This document shows positions 60,250-63,148 of a DNA stretch of 63,148 bases, in pieces. Below the pieces are notes generated by a model. It was not told the DNA's origin and did not search any database. It saw only the letters and a list, made by a program, of their open reading frames with translations. Numbering within the stretch: position 1 is the stretch's first letter; each line of letters starts with the position of its first letter. Made by a program: the position numbers and the translations under genes. This DNA is from Nemertoderma westbladi (lineage: Eukaryota; Animalia; Xenacoelomorpha), in contig JAUCBJ010003072.1 in the NCBI GenBank assembly GCA_032718475.1, forward strand, positions 1 through 63,148, given 5' to 3'.

Positions 60250-63148
60250 CTCTAGCAAATCCTCCCTAGTAAACTTATAGGCTCTAGCAAGTCCTTCCCA
60301 GTAAACATATAGGCTCTAGCAAGTCCTTGCCAGTAAACTTATAGACTCTAGCAAGTCCTTGCCAGTAAACTTATGCTCTAGCAAGTCCTTGCCAGTAAAC
60401 TTATGCTCTAGCAAATCCTTGCCATTAAACTTAGGCTCTAGGAAGTCCTTGCCAGTAAACTTATAGGCTCTAGCAAGTCCTTGCCAGTAAACTTATAGAC
60501 TCTAGCAAGTCCTTGCCAGTAAACTTATGCTCTAGCAAGTCCTTGCCAGTAAACTTATGCTCTAGCAAGTCCTTGCCAGTAAACTTATGCTCTAGCAAGT
60601 CCTTCCCAGTAAACTTATAGGCTCTAGCAAGTCCTTGCCAGTAAACTTAGGCTCTAGCAAGTCCTTCCCAGTAAACTTATAGGCTCTAGCAAGTCCTTGC
60701 CAGTAAACTTATAGGCTCTAGCAAGTCCTTGCCAGTAAACTTATGCTCTAGCAAGTCCTTGCCAGTAAACTTATGCTCTAGCAAGTCCTTGCCAGTAAAC
60801 TTAGGCTCTAGCAAGTCCTTCCCAGTAAACTTATAGGCTCTAGCAAGTCCTTGCCAGTAAACTTATAGGCTCTAGCAAGTCCTTGCCAGTAAACTTAGGC
60901 TCTAGCAAGTCGTTGCCAGTAAACTTAGGCTCTAGCAAGTACTTGCCAGTAAACTTAGGCTCTAGCAAGTCCTTCCCAGTAAACTTATAGGCTCTAGCAA
61001 GTCCTTACCAGTAAACTTATAGGCTCTAGCAAGTCCTTGCCAGTAAACGTATAGGCTCTAGCAAATCCTTGCCATTAAACTTATAGGCTCTAGCAAGTCC
61101 TTCCCAGTAAAATTATAGGCTCTAGCAAATCCTTGCCATTAAACTTAGGCTCTAGGAAGTCCTTGCCAGTGAACTTATAGGCTCTAGCAAGTCATTGCCA
61201 GTAAACTCAGGCTCTAGCAAGTCCTTGCCAGTAAACTTAGGCTCTAGCAAGTCCTTGCCAGTAAACGTAGGCTCTAGCAAGTCCTTGCCAGTAAACTTAG
61301 GCTCTAGGAAGTCCTTGCCAGTAAACTTATAGGCTCTAGCAAGTCCTTCCCAGTAACCTTATATGCTCTAGCAAGTCCTTGCCAGTAAACTCAGTCTCTA
61401 GCATTGCCAGTAAACTTAGGCTCTACCATTGCCAGTAAACTTAGGCTCTAGCATGTCCTTCCCAGTAAACTTAGGCTCTAGCAAGTCCTTGCCAGTAAAC
61501 GTATAGGCTCTAGCAAATCCTTGCCATTAAACTTAGGCTCTAGGAAGTCCTTGCCAGTGAACTTATAGGCTCTAGCAAGTCCTTGCCAGTAAACTCAGTC
61601 TCTAGCATTGCCAGTAAACTTAGGCTCTACCATTGCCAGTAAACTTAGGCTCTAGCATGTCCTTCCCAGTAAACTTAGGCTCTAGCAAGTCCTTGCCAGT
61701 AAACGTATAGGCTCTAGCAAATCCTTGCCATTAAACTTAGGCTCTAGGAAGTCCTTCCCAGTAAACTTATAGGCTCTAGCAAGTCCTTGCCAGTAAACTC
61801 AGTCTCTAGCATTGCCAGTAAACTTAGGCTCTACCATTGCCAGTAAACTTAGGCTCTAGCATGTCCTTCCCAGTAAACTTAGGCTCTAGCAAGTCCTTGC
61901 CAGTAAACGTATAGGCTCTAGCAAATCCTTGCCATTAAACTTAGGCTCTAGCAAGTCCTCCCCAGTAAACTTATACGCTCTAGCAAGTCCTTCCTAGTAA
62001 ACTTATAGGCTCTAACAAGTCCTTGCCAGTAAACTTATAGGCTCTAGCAAGTCCTTGCCAGTAAACTTAGGCTCTAGCAAGTCTTTCCCAGTAAACATAT
62101 AGGCTCTAACAAGTCCTTCCCAGTGAACTTATACGCTCTAGCAAGTCCTTCCCAGTAAACTTATAGGCTCTAGCAAGTCCTTGCCAGTAAACTTATACGC
62201 TCTAGCAAGTCCTTCCCAGTAAACTTAGGCTCTAACATTGCCAGTAAACTTAGGCTCTAGCATGTCCTTCCCAGTAAACTTAGGCTCTAGCAAATCCTTG
62301 CCATTAAACTTAGGCTCTAGCAAGTCCTTCCTAGTAAACTTATAGGCTCTAACAAGTCCTTGCCAGTAAACTTATAGGCTCTAGCAAGTCCTTGCCAGTA
62401 AACTTAGGCTCTAGCAAGTCTTTCCCAGTAAACATATAGGCTCTAACAAGTCCTTCCCAGTGAACTTATAGGCTCTAGCATGTCCTTCCCAGTAAACTTA
62501 GGCTCTAGCAAGTCCTTGCCAGTAAACGTATAGGCTCTAGCAAATCCTTGCCATTAAACTTATGCTCTAGGAAGTCCTTGCCAGTAAACTTATAGGCTCT
62601 AGGAAGTCCTTCCCAGTAAACTTATAGGCTCTAGCAAGTCCTTCCCAGTAAAATTATAGGCTCTAGCAAGTCCTTACCAGTAAACTTATAGGCTCTAGCA
62701 AGTCCTTGCCAGTAAACTTAGGCTCTAGCAAGTCCTTGCCAGTAAACGTATAGGCTCTAGCAAATCCTTGCCATTAAACTTAGGCTCTAGGAAGTCCTTG
62801 CCAGTAAACTTATAGGCTCTAGCAAGTCCTTCCCAGTAAAATTATAGGCTCTAGCAAGTCCTTACCAGTAAACTTATAGGCTCTAGCAAATCCTTGCCAT
62901 TAAACTTAGGCTCTAGGAAGTCCTTGCCAGTAAACTTATAGGCTCTAGGAAGTCCTTCCCAGTAAACTTATAGGCTCTAGCAAGTCCTTCCCAGTAAAAT
63001 TATAGGCTCTAGCAAGTCCTTACCAGTAAACTTATAGGCTCTAGCAAGTCCTTGCCAGTAAACTTATACGCTCTAGCAAGTCCTTACCAGTAAACTTATA
63101 GGCTCTAGCAAGTCCTTGCCAGTAAACTTATACGCTCTAGCAAGTCCT
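60250..63148. repeat. Satellite E (30-32 bp unit), runs off the window end
   Basis: GGCTCTAGCAAGTCCTTGCCAGTAAACTTATA tandem copies. Confidence 0.97.

Overview
Repeat-rich eukaryotic DNA, probably from an invertebrate animal. The left 9 kb holds decayed RTE-type LINE fragments and a divergent pair of ciliary genes with RFX X-box motifs between them: an intronless CEP112-like ORF (minus strand) and the first exon of a CFAP95-like gene (plus strand). No further CFAP95 exon was recognisable, so the remaining ~54 kb may be intronic. The centrepiece is an intact 2903-aa minus-strand ORF (31001-39712) with Zn knuckle, acidic 17-aa repeats, OTU protease, Cys-rich regions, HUH Rep endonuclease, divergent PIF1-like helicase and a C-terminal GIY-YIG nuclease. 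This is a Helitron-like rolling-circle transposase with an unusual nuclease fusion. It sits among large satellite arrays (34, 92-93, 102 and 53 bp units), a 1.45-kb (CCTA)n tract and a long foldback, with a same-strand SGNH hydrolase gene ~18 kb upstream. Together these suggest a giant (possibly >40 kb) satellite-laden rolling-circle element whose termini I could not fix. A minimal Penelope-type hammerhead ribozyme motif lies at 59204-59270.
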